Origin: Paraspadella gotoi
Lineage: Eukaryota > Animalia > Chaetognatha
Assembly: GCA_051294375.1 (NCBI GenBank)
Contig: CM119266.1
Span: forward strand, 20,280,341 to 20,344,340
DNA length: 64,000 bases
Direction of reading: 5' to 3'
Numbering within the stretch: the first letter of the stretch is position 1; each line of letters opens with the position of its first letter. The position numbers and the translations under genes were made by a program. Of this stretch, positions 1 to 12,950 are shown piece by piece. Below the pieces are notes generated by a model. The model worked only from the letters and a program-made list of their open reading frames with translations. It was not told the DNA's origin and ran no database searches.

Positions 1-113
1 GTCGAAGATGGTAGGGTCGATGGCGTTGAAGACGGCAGGGTCAGTGACATCAAAGATGGTAGAGTCGGTGGCATCAAAGATGGCAGGGTCGATGACGTCA
101 GAGATGGAAGGGT
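1..113. repeat. degenerate 24-bp minisatellite (about 4.5 copies, runs off the window start)
   Basis: Period-24 units such as gatggtagggtcgatggcgttgaa / gacggcagggtcagtgacatcaaa / gatggtagagtcggtggcatcaaa / gatggcagggtcgatgacgtcaga. Confidence 0.75.
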
Positions 114-246
114 CTATAGCAGGCAGCGGGTGGATACGCTAGCGGCGTCTTCGCGGCGCCAAACGTAGAAATTCCCCGAGTCGAAGGCGCCCCCTTCCCG
201 CGTTATAAACGGCCCCAGGATTTTTTCAGGGCGCCAACCGAGGCAC
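114..246 (-). CDS. candidate terminal coding exon, product unknown
   Basis: Acceptor ...gacaccag| at 248-247, then complex open sequence CLGWRPEKILGPFITREGGAFDSGNFYVWRREDAASVSTRCLL*. The other two minus frames close early. No family recognised. Confidence 0.4.
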
Positions 247-490
247 CTGGTGTCAACGACGACGACGACGACGATGACGGCGACGATGACGACGATGATG
301 AAAACAAACGACCTCAACGGTTTCGCGTCGGCCAAAACACAAAAACAATCCAGACAAAGTAACACAAAAAGAAAATAAATACAACGTTTTTATAAATATT
401 TGATTTGACCCCCGTGGCAGAAGTTTATCAAAACTATTTTTTTTTTTGCCTTATTTTTTCTTTAGAAGAACAAGAAAAGCCTGAAAGAGA

Positions 491-521
<31 letters not shown>

Positions 522-699
522 GGAGGAGGAGAAAGAAGTGGAAAGAGCGAGGAATGAGAAATTCGGAAGCCGCAGACAGATTGATGGGTCTTATTACTTT
601 TGTGTCTGTGATAAAGTAGAGGGAATGTAGAGAATCGGGAGGCAGGCGTCGATGGAAGGAGAATGGGAAGAAGAGGAAAGGAAGAAGAAGAAAGGAAAG

Positions 700-912
700 A
701 AGGAAAAGGAGGAAGAGGAAAGGAATTGAAGAAGAAGGAAAGAAGGAAAATGAGGAACAAAGAAGGAATTGAAGAAAGAGGAAAGAAGGAAAAGGGGAAA
801 CAAAGAAGGAGTTGAGGAAAGAGGAAAGAAGGAAAAGGAGGAACTAAGGAGGAATTGAAGAAAAAGGAAAGAAGAAAATGAGGAACTAAGGAGGAATTGA
901 AGAAAGAAGAAA
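700..912. repeat. purine-rich tandem repeat, period about 39 bp
   Basis: Recurring aggaattgaagaagaaggaaagaaggaaaa.gaggaac units, about 5 copies. Confidence 0.7.
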
Positions 913-1346
913 ATTAAAGAAAGAAAGAAGCTGGATTAAGACTGAGAAAAAAGTAAATGAAAAAAACAATTAGGCAGAAATCAAGGAAACAAAATTAGAA
1001 TATTCCGTTAAAACAATAAAACGTTCTCAGAAATTAAAAATTAAAAGCAATTACTAGTATGATATAGTATAATATAATATAAAAAAATCACTGTTGATAG
1101 AATAAAGTCAGGGAAGAAAAATTAAAGAGAGTGAAAAGAAGAAAAAAAAAAGAAAAATGTTGGGCACAAACAGAGGCCTCGCCTTATAAGCATTTGATGG
1201 AAGTTTGATGGGAAAGAAGATAGAGAATGACGTCAAATGGAAAGTAAATGACACGGAAATATGACTAAGCGACAAATCTCCGCGGCAACTGGCAGAAAAT
1301 GACGGGAAAAATGACAGGATTTGACAGGAAGTGTCAGGGCGGAGAA

Positions 1347-1393
<47 letters not shown>

Positions 1394-1976
1394 TGTCAGG
1401 AATCGCGACGAGCGAAGAGATGACGCTTTTTTATGTACAAAAGAAGAAAAAAAAAAGAAGAAAAAATAGAAAGATGTGAAACTAAAGATCGAAAAAAAAG
1501 AAGAAAAGTTAGATAAAATACAAAATACAAAAATTCGATAAGAAGGAATTATATTGAATAAAGACTATGCAAAATATGAGAACTACGCAAACTATGCAAA
1601 GGGGAAAAAAAGCAGAGGCGAAATACGAAGAATAGAAAAATAAACAAAAGGAAAGATAGGAGATTAAAAAAAAAACAATTGATAAATCTCATATAACCGT
1701 GAGGCATCGATGAAAGAAAAGAAAGAGGAATATAGATGAACTTTGAAAAAAGAAGAAAGAGATGCGACGGCAATTAAGTGATGAATCCAATCAAGAAGAA
1801 AAACAAAAAAGGAAAGATGTGACCCTCATCTCATTTATTCGTACATAAGATTCTTTCTTGATAATAAAAAAGAATCAATGAATCTCGCGACGTTTACATG
1901 AACTTCACAACAATAACAAGTTATCGAGGACGCATGTGTTAAAGTCGAAACTTCACCGACGACGACGACGACGGTG

Positions 1977-2015
<39 letters not shown>

Positions 2016-2044
2016 NNNNNNNNNNNNNNNNNNNNNNNNNNNNN

Positions 2045-2078
<34 letters not shown>

Positions 2079-3349
2079 CGACCCTTTTTTTTCTCTTAAA
2101 ACTCATTGAAGAAAAAAACACAAAGTTTGGACTGGAGAAATATTGAACGAGGACCGCCAACAAATAACTCTTCCAAAAAATTTTCAAAAGAATCTCATTT
2201 TTGAAATTGGCGCCAATTAAAAACNNNNNNNNNNNNNNNNNNNNNNNNNNNNNNNNNNNNNNNNNNNNNNNNNNNNNNNNNNNNNNNNNNNNNNNNNNNN
2301 NNNNNNNNNNNNNNNNNNNNNNNNNNNNNNNNNNNNNNNNNNNNNNNNNNNNNNNNNNNNNNNNNNNNNNNNNNAAAAATGTTGATGGAAAGATAATTTT
2401 TTTTAGAACTTAAAAAAAAAATAAACAAAGGAGCGTTCATTGATTGTGAAAGTTAAAAGCCTTAAATGTGAGTTTCATTAGGGATTAAATAAAAATAAAA
2501 TTTTCGCGTCGGTTTTCTGAATCGTATTAAACTCGGATATTAACGTTTGAAATTCAATATATATCGAATCGAAAAGAAGGGATAAGTTCTGTATGACCGA
2601 CGACGCGTCAATTTAAACATCTCTCTATTGATTTTAAATGATTTCTGACAAATTATAAAAATCAAATCTCTGCAATTTAATTGTTTTCAGCGGAACTTAA
2701 AAAAAAAAATTAAATGGAGGGGAGTAAAAAAATATGTCTATAATTTCTAAATGGGGAAAACGAGTCATGGGCGAACTTTATTTTCAAAAATTAAAAAAAA
2801 AAGGAAAAAAATAGAAAATGAGTTACAATTTCGGAAAAACAGGAAAACCGAGACGAGAAAAATGAGGTTGGAGGAAATAAAACGAAAANNNNNNNNNNNN
2901 NNNNNNNNNNNNNNNNNNNNNNNNNNNNNNNNNNNNNNNNNNNNNNNNNNNNNNNNNNNNNNNNNNNNNNNNNNNNNNNNNNNNNNNNNNNNNNNNNNNN
3001 NNNNNNNNNNNNNNNNNNNNNNNNNNNNNNNNNNNNNNNNNNNNNNNNNNNNNNNNNNNNNNNNNNNNNNNNNNNNNNNNNNNNNNNNNNNNNNNNNNNN
3101 NNNNNNNNNNNNNNNNNNNNNNNNNNNNNNNNNNNNNNNNNNNNNNNNNNNNNNNNNNNNNNNNNNNNNNNNNNNNNNNNNNNNNNNNNNNNNNNNNNNN
3201 NNNNNNNNNNNNNNNNNNNNCGGCAGCGGTTGGAGAGAAAGACCGAAAAGAGGCAATGAGGATTTACGGGCTGCCGGGTTGAGGGATGGAAAGGAGGGTG
3301 GAATGGTCGAAGGTGGTGAAGGTGGTGAAGGTGGTGAAAAGAGTGATAA

Positions 3350-3490
3350 GGTGTGAAACGGACTTTGGGGATGAGAACTTGGTCTTGACTTTGGCTAACA
3401 AACCAGAGGACGGATAGAAGATGGATAGAATAGGATAGAATATGATATTGTCGCTAAAAATGTGAATTGTCTCCTTTGTGAGTCGGTTCA
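3350..3490 (-). mobile_element. degraded non-LTR retrotransposon RNase H-like fragment
   Basis: Translation ETIHIFSDNIIFYPILSIFYPSSGLLAKVKTKFSS resembles the IxIFSDS...SxLxxxI core of I-group LINE RNase H. Judged by eye only. Confidence 0.4.
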
Positions 3491-4099
3491 AATATAATAA
3501 ATATTATACGGGGAAAAGGGAAAACGAAAGAAAGATGAAGGAGGACGGGATAAAGAAATAACCTAAGACGACGGACAAAGAGAGAAAGAAATAAAGATCG
3601 ACAAAAAACAAAACAAAAAAACAAAACAGAAAACGAAAAGGAAACAAGAGAGAAAAGCGAGGATATCGAAAAAGAAATGGGGGGGGGGGAAATGGTGAGA
3701 AGAAAAAGCGAACGGCGACGCTGAAGACTGAAGGAGATGAGAAATGTAGCGCGCGTGGAAATTGCGGTTCTACGTTTGAAGAGATACGAAACGAGGAAAG
3801 GGGGAGAGGAGAGAGGGAGCCGGTGGAGTGGGAGGCGGAGTGGATTGCGAAGAGAGTGCTAGAAAATAAAAGAGAGTGCAAGAAGGTTAAATGGAGAAGG
3901 AGAGGGAGACGAGGAGTACGGCAGGGAGTAATTTGGAGTGCAAGAGTGTGAGAATGATTGAATGAATGGATAATTATTATATTGGTCGTACTAATTTTAT
4001 TTGAATAGAACGCAGGAGTGAGAGGGAGACAGGGAGTAAGCCAGAGAGTAAATGAGAGTAAAAAGAGAGAGAAAGATAATGCGAGAAAGTAATAGGAAT

Positions 4100-4225
4100 T
4101 GTGAGAGAGTGTAAAGAAGTAAAAGAGAGAGATTACAAGAGATGGTCAGAGTTTTCCAGGAAAGTGAAGCAAGCCAGGAATCCAGTAATAAACTAAAGAA
4201 ATGAGGCAAGCTTGGTAAGAGAAAC
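4100..4225 (-). mobile_element. degraded non-LTR retrotransposon RNase H-like fragment (WIPG motif)
   Basis: Minus strand reads LVYYWIPGLLHFPG(K/N)..DHL with a frameshift, resembling the WIPGHxxIxGNExADxLA motif of RNase H. Confidence 0.4.
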
Positions 4226-4669
4226 TGCAAAAAAGAGAGAGAGAGAGAGAGAGAGCGAGTTGGGCGAAAAATTGCATGAGAACAAAAAGAGAGAGAGAGA
4301 GAGCGAGATACGAGACAGAGGGCGGGCGTGGCGTGGACGGTTAATGAGGAGAAATTTCAAGTAAGACTCTTGACGCGGATTAAACGCGGTTTTGCGAACG
4401 TCAACTCCCGACTTGATGAAAAACAAGGGAAAAAGGAAAATAAAGAAAAAAAAAAAAGGAAAAAAAAAAAGGAGAAAAAGAAAATGAAAACCTTCATTAA
4501 GGAAGCAACGAACGAAACTGGGATTTGCATACGTCTATGAAATACCGACCGAAGGTTCAACCGATTTTTTTTTCTCGAATCCTTGGATAAAAACGTATAA
4601 GAAATAATAAAACGGGGAATTAATTACATTTTGATGCTAGTGCAGAGTATAATATAGTATTCCCCGATC

Positions 4670-4895
4670 TGATATTTAAGGTAGTTGTTATTTTATACAA
4701 TTGAAATATTATTCGAAACATTATACAACTTTATTGATAGGGAAGGCATATACTCTGGGAGTGTATGAATTAAACTGTGAGAGAGTCTTGATTGAAAGCT
4801 TGCAGGGTCCTGATATGTTATTATCTTATCTTTTGCCCCTGTTCAAAGTCAGCGGCTTAATTATTTAATGAATGGACAATTTTTATATTGGTTGA
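4670..4895 (-). mobile_element. fragment of the repeat found inside the mariner element at 50633-51490
   Basis: Reverse complement matches about 50724-50980 (shared caaccaatataaaaatt, ctgcaagctttcaatcaagactctctcacagt, actcccagagta). A noisy + strand copy lies at about 29750-29990. Confidence 0.75.
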
Positions 4896-5138
4896 CCTAA
4901 ATTCATGGTACACAAAAAATATAAAAAAAATAAGATTTTTAAACACTCATGTTTTGAATTAAAGCTATTCAATGTATTGATATAATTTATTGAACATTAA
5001 AAATTAGAATACAAAAGTCTATGTTATGTGAAGCAGAAAAAGAAATTAGTTTTGAGTTTTGATTCCGGCTTTGTTTGTTATTTTTATCTGGCGCGGCAAT
5101 AAAACCGCAACGAATATGACAACTGATGGATGAATGGG

Positions 5139-5173
<35 letters not shown>

Positions 5174-8100
5174 NNNNNNNNNNNNNNNNNNNNNNNNNNN
5201 NNNNNNNNNNNNNNNNNNNNNNNNNNNNNNNNNNNNNNNNNNNNNNNNNNNNNNNNNNNNNNNNNNNNNNNNNNNNNNNNNNNNNNNNNNNNNNNNNNNN
5301 NNNNNNNNNNNNNNNNNNNNNNNNNNNNNNNNNNNNNNNNNNNNNNNNNNNNNNNNNNNNNNNNNNNNNNNNNNNNNNNNNNNNNNNNNNNNNNNNNNNN
5401 NNNGAAAAGAGAGAGGAAGAGAAAGAGAGCGAAGGAGAGGGAGAGAAAGAGAGCGATAGAGAGGGAGAGAAAAGCCCTTCTGCTCGTGAACGTGTCCATC
5501 AAGGAACATCATTTAGGTTGGAAAGATTGATGGCGGTTGTCAGCGAGGGATTACGTAACGCCAGACTTACTGGCAAGAAATAGAGGAAAAGACTGAGAGA
5601 GAGAGAGGGAGAGGCAAAGAGAGAGAGAGAGAGAGAGAGAGTGAGAGAGAGAGCTGAATAGTTAACATTGAATGATAATATTTAATAAAAAAGGTAAGCG
5701 TCCCGAAATAGAATGACCAGTTTTGTTCAATGTCTGGACTAGACAGGGATCGAGGGATCGAAATACGGACAGGCGGACGGAGACGAGGATGAATGGATAG
5801 ACGGACGGAAGATTGAAGGCGCGTGTGACGGATCGGGGACGACGCCGACGACGGTGTCAACGACGACGACGACGACGAAGTGAGAGACGATGTGAGAGAC
5901 GATGTGAGAGGCGCCGGGAAATGGATGGATTCTCATTTCCCTTTAAAAAAATGNNNNNNNNNNNNNNNNNNNNNNNNNNNNNNNNNNNNNNNNNNNNNNN
6001 NNNNNNNNNNNNNNNNNNNNNNNNNNNNNNNNNNNNNNNNNNNNNNNNNNNNNNNNNNNNNNNNNNNNNNNNNNNNNNNNNNNNNNNNNNNNNNNNNNNN
6101 NNNNNNNNNNNNNNNNNNNNNNNNNNNNNNNNNNNNNNNNNNNNNNNNNNNNNNNNNNNNNNNNNNNNNNNNNNNNNNNNNNNNNNNNNNNNNNNNNNNN
6201 NNNNNNNNNNNNNNNNNNNNNNNNNNNNNNNNNNNNNNNNNNNNNNNNNNNNNNNNNNNNNNNNNNNNNNNNNNNNNNNNNNNNNNNNNNNNNNNNNNNN
6301 NNNNNNNNNNNNNNNNNNNNNNNNNNNNNNNNNNNNNNNNNNNNNNNNNNNNNNNNNNNNNNNNNNNNNNNNNNNNNNNNNNNNNNNNNNNNNNNNNNNN
6401 NNNNNNNNNNNNNNNNNNNNNNNNNNNNNNNNNNNNNNNNNNNNNNNNNNNNNNNNNNNNNNNNNNNNNNNNNNNNNNNNNNNNNNNNNNNNNNNNNNNN
6501 NNNNNNNNNNNNNNNNNNNNNNNNNNNNNNNNNNNNNNNNNNNNNNNNNNNNNNNNNNNNNNNNNNNNNNNNNNNNNNNNNNNNNNNNNNNNNNNNNNNN
6601 NNNNNNNNNNNNNNNNNNNNNNNNNNNNNNNNNNNNNNNNNNNNNNNNNNNNNNNNNNNNNNNNNNNNNNNNNNNNNNNNNAGGAAAGGAAAGAGAGGGA
6701 GGAAGTAAGGAAAGGAAGGAGAGGGAGGAAGGGAGGGAGAGACTAAAGAGACCGGGGAGGAAGAAGAGAAGGAAGAGCGGCGAGGGGAGGAAGGAAAGAT
6801 AATGGATACAATAGTGAGAGAATCTTTTAAGAAGAAGAGAGAGGAAAAAAACAAGGGAGATAAGTGAAAGTGAAGAAAACGAGAGAAGTAAAGAGGGGAA
6901 AAGATAGGAGAAAAGAATTAAAACCATTAGGAGGAAAAAGAAGTAAGTGAGGTAGGGTGAAGAAAGGGAGAGAGGTAAATCTAAAACTGTTCTTAAAATT
7001 AAAAAAAAGAGAGAAAAGGCGAGAAGAAGAGAGAAAAGGAGAGAAGAAGAGAGAAAAAGAGAGGAAAAGATAGAAAAGGAGAGAAAAGGATAAAAAAGGG
7101 GAGAAAAGAAGAGAAAAGGAGAGACAAGGAGAGAAAAGGATAGAAAAGGTGAGAAAAGGAGAGAAAAGGAAAGAAAAGGAGAGAAAAGGAGAGAAAAGGA
7201 GAGAAATGGATATAAAAGGAAAGAAAAGGAGAGAAAAGGAGATCTCGTTTCGAGAGAAGTTGAGTTTGTCTGAAGTCGATAAAGAGAGAGACTAAGGGAA
7301 TTGAGAAAGTAATGAGGACGGAAATAAGGAATCGGATGGAAAAGATTAAAGATGGAATAAAAGAGGAAAAGGAGAAGAAAGGAAAAGAAAAGGAAAAGAA
7401 AAGGAATTCACTAAGGAAGTAGATATAGTTGTAGGTGACGATTGAACGGTGAGAGTAATAAAACGAGAGAGATGAGATAGAAACTTTTTCATGGCTGGAG
7501 ATCAGACTGGTTTATTTAGATTACACCTATATTCGATACTCGTGATACCTCGCCGGCATACGTGGATGTCTACTATCGAACTTTGGCGACTTTGTTATTT
7601 AGGGGCGGGAGGCATGTACTCCTTTGATTTGGGGAGTTCTTGATTAAAGTCGTTGCTACGGAGGTTTGTTATTATCTTATCTTTTGCCCTATCAGTCAGC
7701 GGCTTAATTATTTATGATGGACATTTTTTATTATTGGTTGACTAATTCATGGTAAGCAAACAGAACAAAATAAAAAATAATAAAGATTTTAAACACTCAT
7801 GTTTGAATTAAAGCTATTCAATGTAATTGATTATAATATTGAACATTAAATAGAATACAACGAGTCTATGTTAGTGCAGCCAGAAAAGAAATTAGGTTTT
7901 GAGTTTGATTCCCGGCTTTGTTTTGTTATTTTATCTGGCGCGGCAATAAAAACCGCAACGAATATGACAACTGATGGAGAATGGGGAGAGAGAAGAGAGA
8001 GAGAAGAGAGAGAGAGAGAAGAGGAGAGGAGAGAGAGAAGAGAGAGAAGAGAGAGAGAGGAGAGAGAGAGAGAGAGAAGGGCGGGGAGAAGAGGAGAGAA

Positions 8101-9221
8101 GAAAAAGAACGTTGACTAGAATAAGAGTTAAAAAGAGAAAAGAGGAAAAGAGAGGAGGACGAGAAAGAGAGCGATAGAGAGGGAGAGAAAAGCAACTTCT
8201 GCTCGTGAACGTGTCCATCAAGGAACATCAATTTTAGGTTGCAAAAGATTGATGAGCGGTTGTCAGCGAGGGATACGTAAACGCCAGACTTCCTGCAAGA
8301 AATAGAGGAAAAGACCTGAGAGGAGAGAGAGGGGAGAGGCAAGAGAGAGTAGAGACGTGAGAGGAGGAAGAGAGAGAGAGAGAGAGCTGAAATAGTTTAA
8401 CATCGAAAGGATAAATATTTAATTAAATGTAAGCATCCCAAACTAAAATGACCATTTTGTTCCGATGTCTGGACTAGACAGGGATCGAGGGATCGAATAC
8501 GGACAGGCCGGGAGGAGACCGAGATGTGGAATTGATAGACGGACGGAAGATCTGAAGGCGCCGTGTGACGGATGGGACGACGCCGACACGTGTTCAACGA
8601 CGACGACGACGACGAAAGTGGAGAGACCGATGTGAGACGACGGATGTGAGAAGGCGCCGGGAAATGGATGGATTCCTCATTCCCTTTAAAGAAAATGGAG
8701 AGGGCGATGGAGGGGGGGTGCAGGAGGAAAGAGGAAGGAGAAGGAGTGCGGAGGAGGTCCGAGGAGGCAGGAAGAGTAGGAAAAAGAGTGGAAGAGAAGA
8801 GCTGGGAAAGAAAGAGAAAGAGGTAACCAGGACCCAGAGATAGAAGAGAGAGAAGAGAGAGAGCGAGATGAAAAATAACCAGAGAAAGAGCAAAGGACCG
8901 TGAGCAAGGCGAGTTCGAGGAAGAATTCTAATCGTCTGAAGTTTAATTTCAGATTGTAATGAATTCAATGGGGCTTAGACTTTCGCCTGTCGCTAAGTTT
9001 CGTCACATTTTACGAAATGGGATATGGTTCCATCACGCCATTAATCAGAGTTTTAGAGTTTTTAATAAATTACTTTTTATACGAGTGATAATGATACTTA
9101 AATAAAAAATAACCGGACACAAAAAAAAAAAAAGATATCGCCAAAACTTCTCTCTTTTTGAAGATGATTACTTTGAAGTAAATTTCTCTCTAATCTGCTC
9201 TCTCTCTCTCTCTCTCTCTCT

Positions 9222-9266
<45 letters not shown>

Positions 9267-10240
9267 CTCGTCTCCGTTTAAAAATGGTCGTCTCGCGCCT
9301 CAAAGATGGCGTCTCTGCGGCGTGCGGTTGCTGTGTGAAAACTGGCGCAGACGCGAGCTCGGAGTGTAGATGGCTGCCTGTTGTGACTTGCGAGGGGCGG
9401 TGGGGAAGGGAAGGGGAGAGAGAGGAAAGAGAAGGAGGAAGGGGGAAAGGAGGAGAAGGAGGAAAGGAAGGAGAGAGGAAGGGAGGAAGAAGGCAGGAAG
9501 GAGGAAGGGAGGAAAGGAAGGAGAGGAGGAAAGGATAGGAGAATGAGAAGGAGGGGAGGGGGGGGGGGAGGGGGGGGGAGACTAGAGCCGGGAGAAGAAG
9601 AGAAAGGAGCGGGCCGGCGGAGAGGAGGAAGATAATGGACATACGAGAGAATCTTTAAGAAGAAGAGAGAGGAAAAACAAGTGAGATACCGTGAAAGTGA
9701 GGAAAACGAGAAAAGTGAGGGGAAAAGTAGCGAAAAGAAGAATTAAAACCATTGAGGGAGCACGAAATGTGTGGTGAAGAAAGGGAGAGGAGGAGTAGAA
9801 AAAAAAGGAAAGGAAGAGAAGAGAAAAAAGAGAGAGAGAGGGAGAGAGGTAGGACATGGAGAGAGCGAAGGAGAGAAAAAGAAAGAAAAAGAGAGAAAAG
9901 GAAAGAAGGCGAGGGAAAATAAGAGCAGAGAAGAAGGAGAGAGAAGGGAGAAGAAAAGGAGAAAAATGAGTAGAAAAAGGAGAAAAGGAAAAGGAGAGAA
10001 AGGAAAGAAAAGGAGAGAAAGAGGAGAGAAAAGGAGAGTCTCGTTCGAGAGGAAGTTGGTTTGCGTCGGAATCGATAAGTAGTCAGACTTAAAGGGAATT
10101 GAGAAAGGTAATGAGGAACGGCGAAGAGAAGGCTGTAAATTATAACCACGATAAAGAGAGAGGCAGAGGATAAAATGGAGACGAAGGAAAAGAAGGAAGA
10201 GGAAAGGAATTTAGTTTGAACGGTGAGTAGTAACATAACC
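4815..10240. other. adjacent duplicate block (4815-7465 vs 7665-10240), probable assembly redundancy
   Basis: Same landmarks in the same order (tgttattatcttatcttttgccc; tctgctcgtgaacgtgtccatcaaggaacatc; ggaaatggatggattc; ttgaacggtgag). Copy 1 has N gaps. Copy 2 is indel-rich and spans the gaps. Confidence 0.85.
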
Positions 10241-10719
10241 TTATATAGTGTTGTACCATTGCCATAATCTAATGTCAGATGAGTTTAGATTCTAAGGATG
10301 ATAATACAGGATGAATTAACTAAAAAAACCGAAAACTGAAAATAAATGAAATATATTTAATATCAATCACAAGATGAATGAACTCGAAACAGAGAAAAAG
10401 GATTAAAGGGAGAGAGGATTCCGGAAGAGAAAGAAGATTCTGGAATGATTCGGAAACGAGTTTTCTGGAAAGCAAATCCAGAAAAGGAACAATTAGTTCC
10501 ACGGAAGAGGAAAAGAAGGTTCCAAGAAGAGGAAGAAGGAGGATTCCGGAAGAGGAATCTGCTTCGTCTTAACTTGCCCATTTATAAATAGCCTCTGTTT
10601 CTGACTTTATTCAAACTGTCTGAAAATGACACTGTCTTCATGTCTATATTGCTGCGAATAAAATTCCACTTTGGTTTCATTATTGAAATCTCTGTGTCTA
10701 CTTACTTAAATGTGGGTGA

Positions 10720-11190
10720 CAGGAGTGGAACTCGACTCACCAACGGTCTCCAAAGAAAGAATCAAGCCTTACCTCGAGGTCCTCGACCACAAAACCCCTA
10801 AAAGAAGATGGACAACAAACTCTGGCGCGCCCAACATCAGCCTCACCCAGACCGGGAATGGAATGCGTTTTTCCAATGGAAAAAGGTGGCTGCGGCAACC
10901 AGCCAGGACCGGCCGCGAGCACAGAAGACAAGTTAGCAGTAATCCAAGAGCCGAGAGAAACTGGAGTTCCACCTCATATCAAGCGGATGTGTGCTCTAAG
11001 CAGGAATCACTGCCAATTGACAACGACCAGGCGGAAGATCACACGCCAAATTTTAAAGATCATCAATGACGTGAACCAACAAACTCGTCAAAACTTGCTA
11101 ACCTGGGCCAAAGAGTCTCGAAGACATGAAGCAAGTCTCCGGCTACAAAAATTGGGACAGTCTCCAACGGCATGATGCAGACCGATGATC
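10720..11190 (+). pseudogene. degraded Crypton-like (DUF3504-type) tyrosine recombinase fragment
   Basis: Joining frames gives ...IKRMCA-AGIT...RKITxxxLRSSMT...LANLG-KSLEDMKQVSGYKNWDSLQRH, matching the box II pattern [K/R]xTNHSLRxxxxTxLxxxGxxxxxIxxVSGHKxxxSLxxY. Several frameshifts. Confidence 0.55.
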
Positions 11191-11934
11191 ACTCGCATCA
11201 GCAGCCAACGCCCAGCACAAGATAGTAGAGCCATTCTCAAGCCTCTTACCAACACAACGTTGCTCTGAGCACCCTGTTGGCCAACAACCAGAACAAGGAC
11301 ACAACCTCTTCCCTCTCTTTTTGTGGTGCAACCCTGGCAAAAAGGCGCAGCAGCCCAACCCGGGGTAATTCACGCGATCAGAAAACGGGAAAAAAACAAC
11401 CCACACTCCGACTTCTAGAAGCTTCAGTGAAACATCCCATTCAGGCTGGAGAATAATTTAAGCTAATTGATATTGAAAAAAAATTTAAAAATGAAAATGT
11501 TACTTAAATATATTAAAAAAAATTTAAAAAAATGAAAAATGATCTTAAATGATATTAAAAAAAATAAAAACAGTACTGGAAGGAAAACGAATTGGATTAA
11601 TAGGAGTGAAACACTAGGAAAAAATATGTATAAAAAATTTAAATAAAAAAGGAATGGCCTTTAAATTTTGAGTCAGCTTTTTTTTCTCTCTTTTTTTTTC
11701 TTGCTTCGTCAACTTGGTGACAGAAACGATTAACAATGACGAACCTGGAACGAATATCGACAACAAGACAACAACGCCTGCGGCCCGCGGACGACAACAA
11801 ACCGCGGCGCCAGCTCGAAATTCTTAATTCCGGCGCCGTAAATATTTGGCGGAAACGGCGTCGTCCTTCCGGAGCGAAGAACGAATAATTATACTTCCGA
11901 CGGAAAATCCGCCGATTAATCTGGTGAATTAAGA

Positions 11935-12262
11935 CGAAGAATGTGAATGAGCGAAATGAAGAGGAAAATGAATGAGAATGAGCGAATGAAGAGGAATGAA
12001 TGAGAATGGAGCGAATGAAGAGAATGAATGAGAAATAGAGCGAAATGAAAGAAGGAATGAAATGAGAATGAGCGATGAAAGGGAATGAATGAGAATGGCG
12101 AATGAAGAGGAATGAATGAGAATGAGCAAATAAGGAGGATGAATGAGAAATTCGAGCGAATGAGAGAGGAATGAATGAGAAATGAGCGAATGAAAAGGAG
12201 ATGAATGAGAATGAGCGAATGAAGAGGAATGAAATGAGATGAGCGAATGAAGAGGAATGAAA
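11935..12262. repeat. tandem satellite, period about 28 bp (about 11 copies)
   Basis: Consensus aatgagcgaatgaagaggaatgaatgag repeated with small indels. Confidence 0.85.
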
Positions 12263-12834
12263 CGAAAATGGGATCAGAGGAAATGATACATATAGGACTA
12301 TAAGACCTATGAGTTGAATGAGAACAAAATGATGATAAACTATCTCAGTGTGATTCTAATATTTAATGTCATCTCAAATATTCTAACAGAGTTTTTTTGT
12401 TCAACCGGTAAAGNNNNNNNNNNNNNNNNNNNNNNNNNAACAATGTAAAACAATGTGAAAACAATTTGAAACAAACTTTTAAGCAGAGATAAAAAAAATG
12501 ATCTCGGGTAGAAAAATAAATTACGATTAGTAAAAGAGCGAAGAATTAGCATATGTACAAAGCAACGAGCGAATGAACTTGTCAATGGCGTGGAATCAAA
12601 AACAAGAACGGAAATTCAAATGTGTTGCGCCGAAGTGACTGCCTTATCACGTATATTTCTCGTGATATGACATGACATGACATGAATTCATGACTACAAT
12701 AAATTATTAACTTTTCCAGCCCGTATATTTATGACATGCACTGTTACAAAATTTTGTCTATTATTCCTTATAGTTTTAAGATTTTCTGAAGGCGGATCTA
12801 GCAGTCCCTTACATTTGTGATTTTTTTCTGTCTT

Positions 12835-12950
12835 AACGAAACTATAGGCAAATTATATGCATTTTTAATATTTTAAGTGGGATAGACCGACGGACAGACA
12901 TACTGACCGACCGACAGACCGACCGAAAAGTGACTTATAGAGTTGCTCCG
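12835..12950 (-). mobile_element. DINE-1/HINE-like short interspersed repeat
   Basis: Reverse complement reads ggagcaactctataagtcacttttcggtcggtctgtcggtcggtcagtatgtctgtccgtcggtctatcccactta...ttgcctatagttt, matching 44547-44650. A GTCG/GTCC-type tetramer tract is typical of Helentron-associated elements. Confidence 0.6.

Noticed and set aside
11935-12262. 28-bp array (and the 60-bp array at 48657) as CRISPR
   Set aside because: Head-to-tail repeats with no unique spacers, no cas genes, eukaryotic context.
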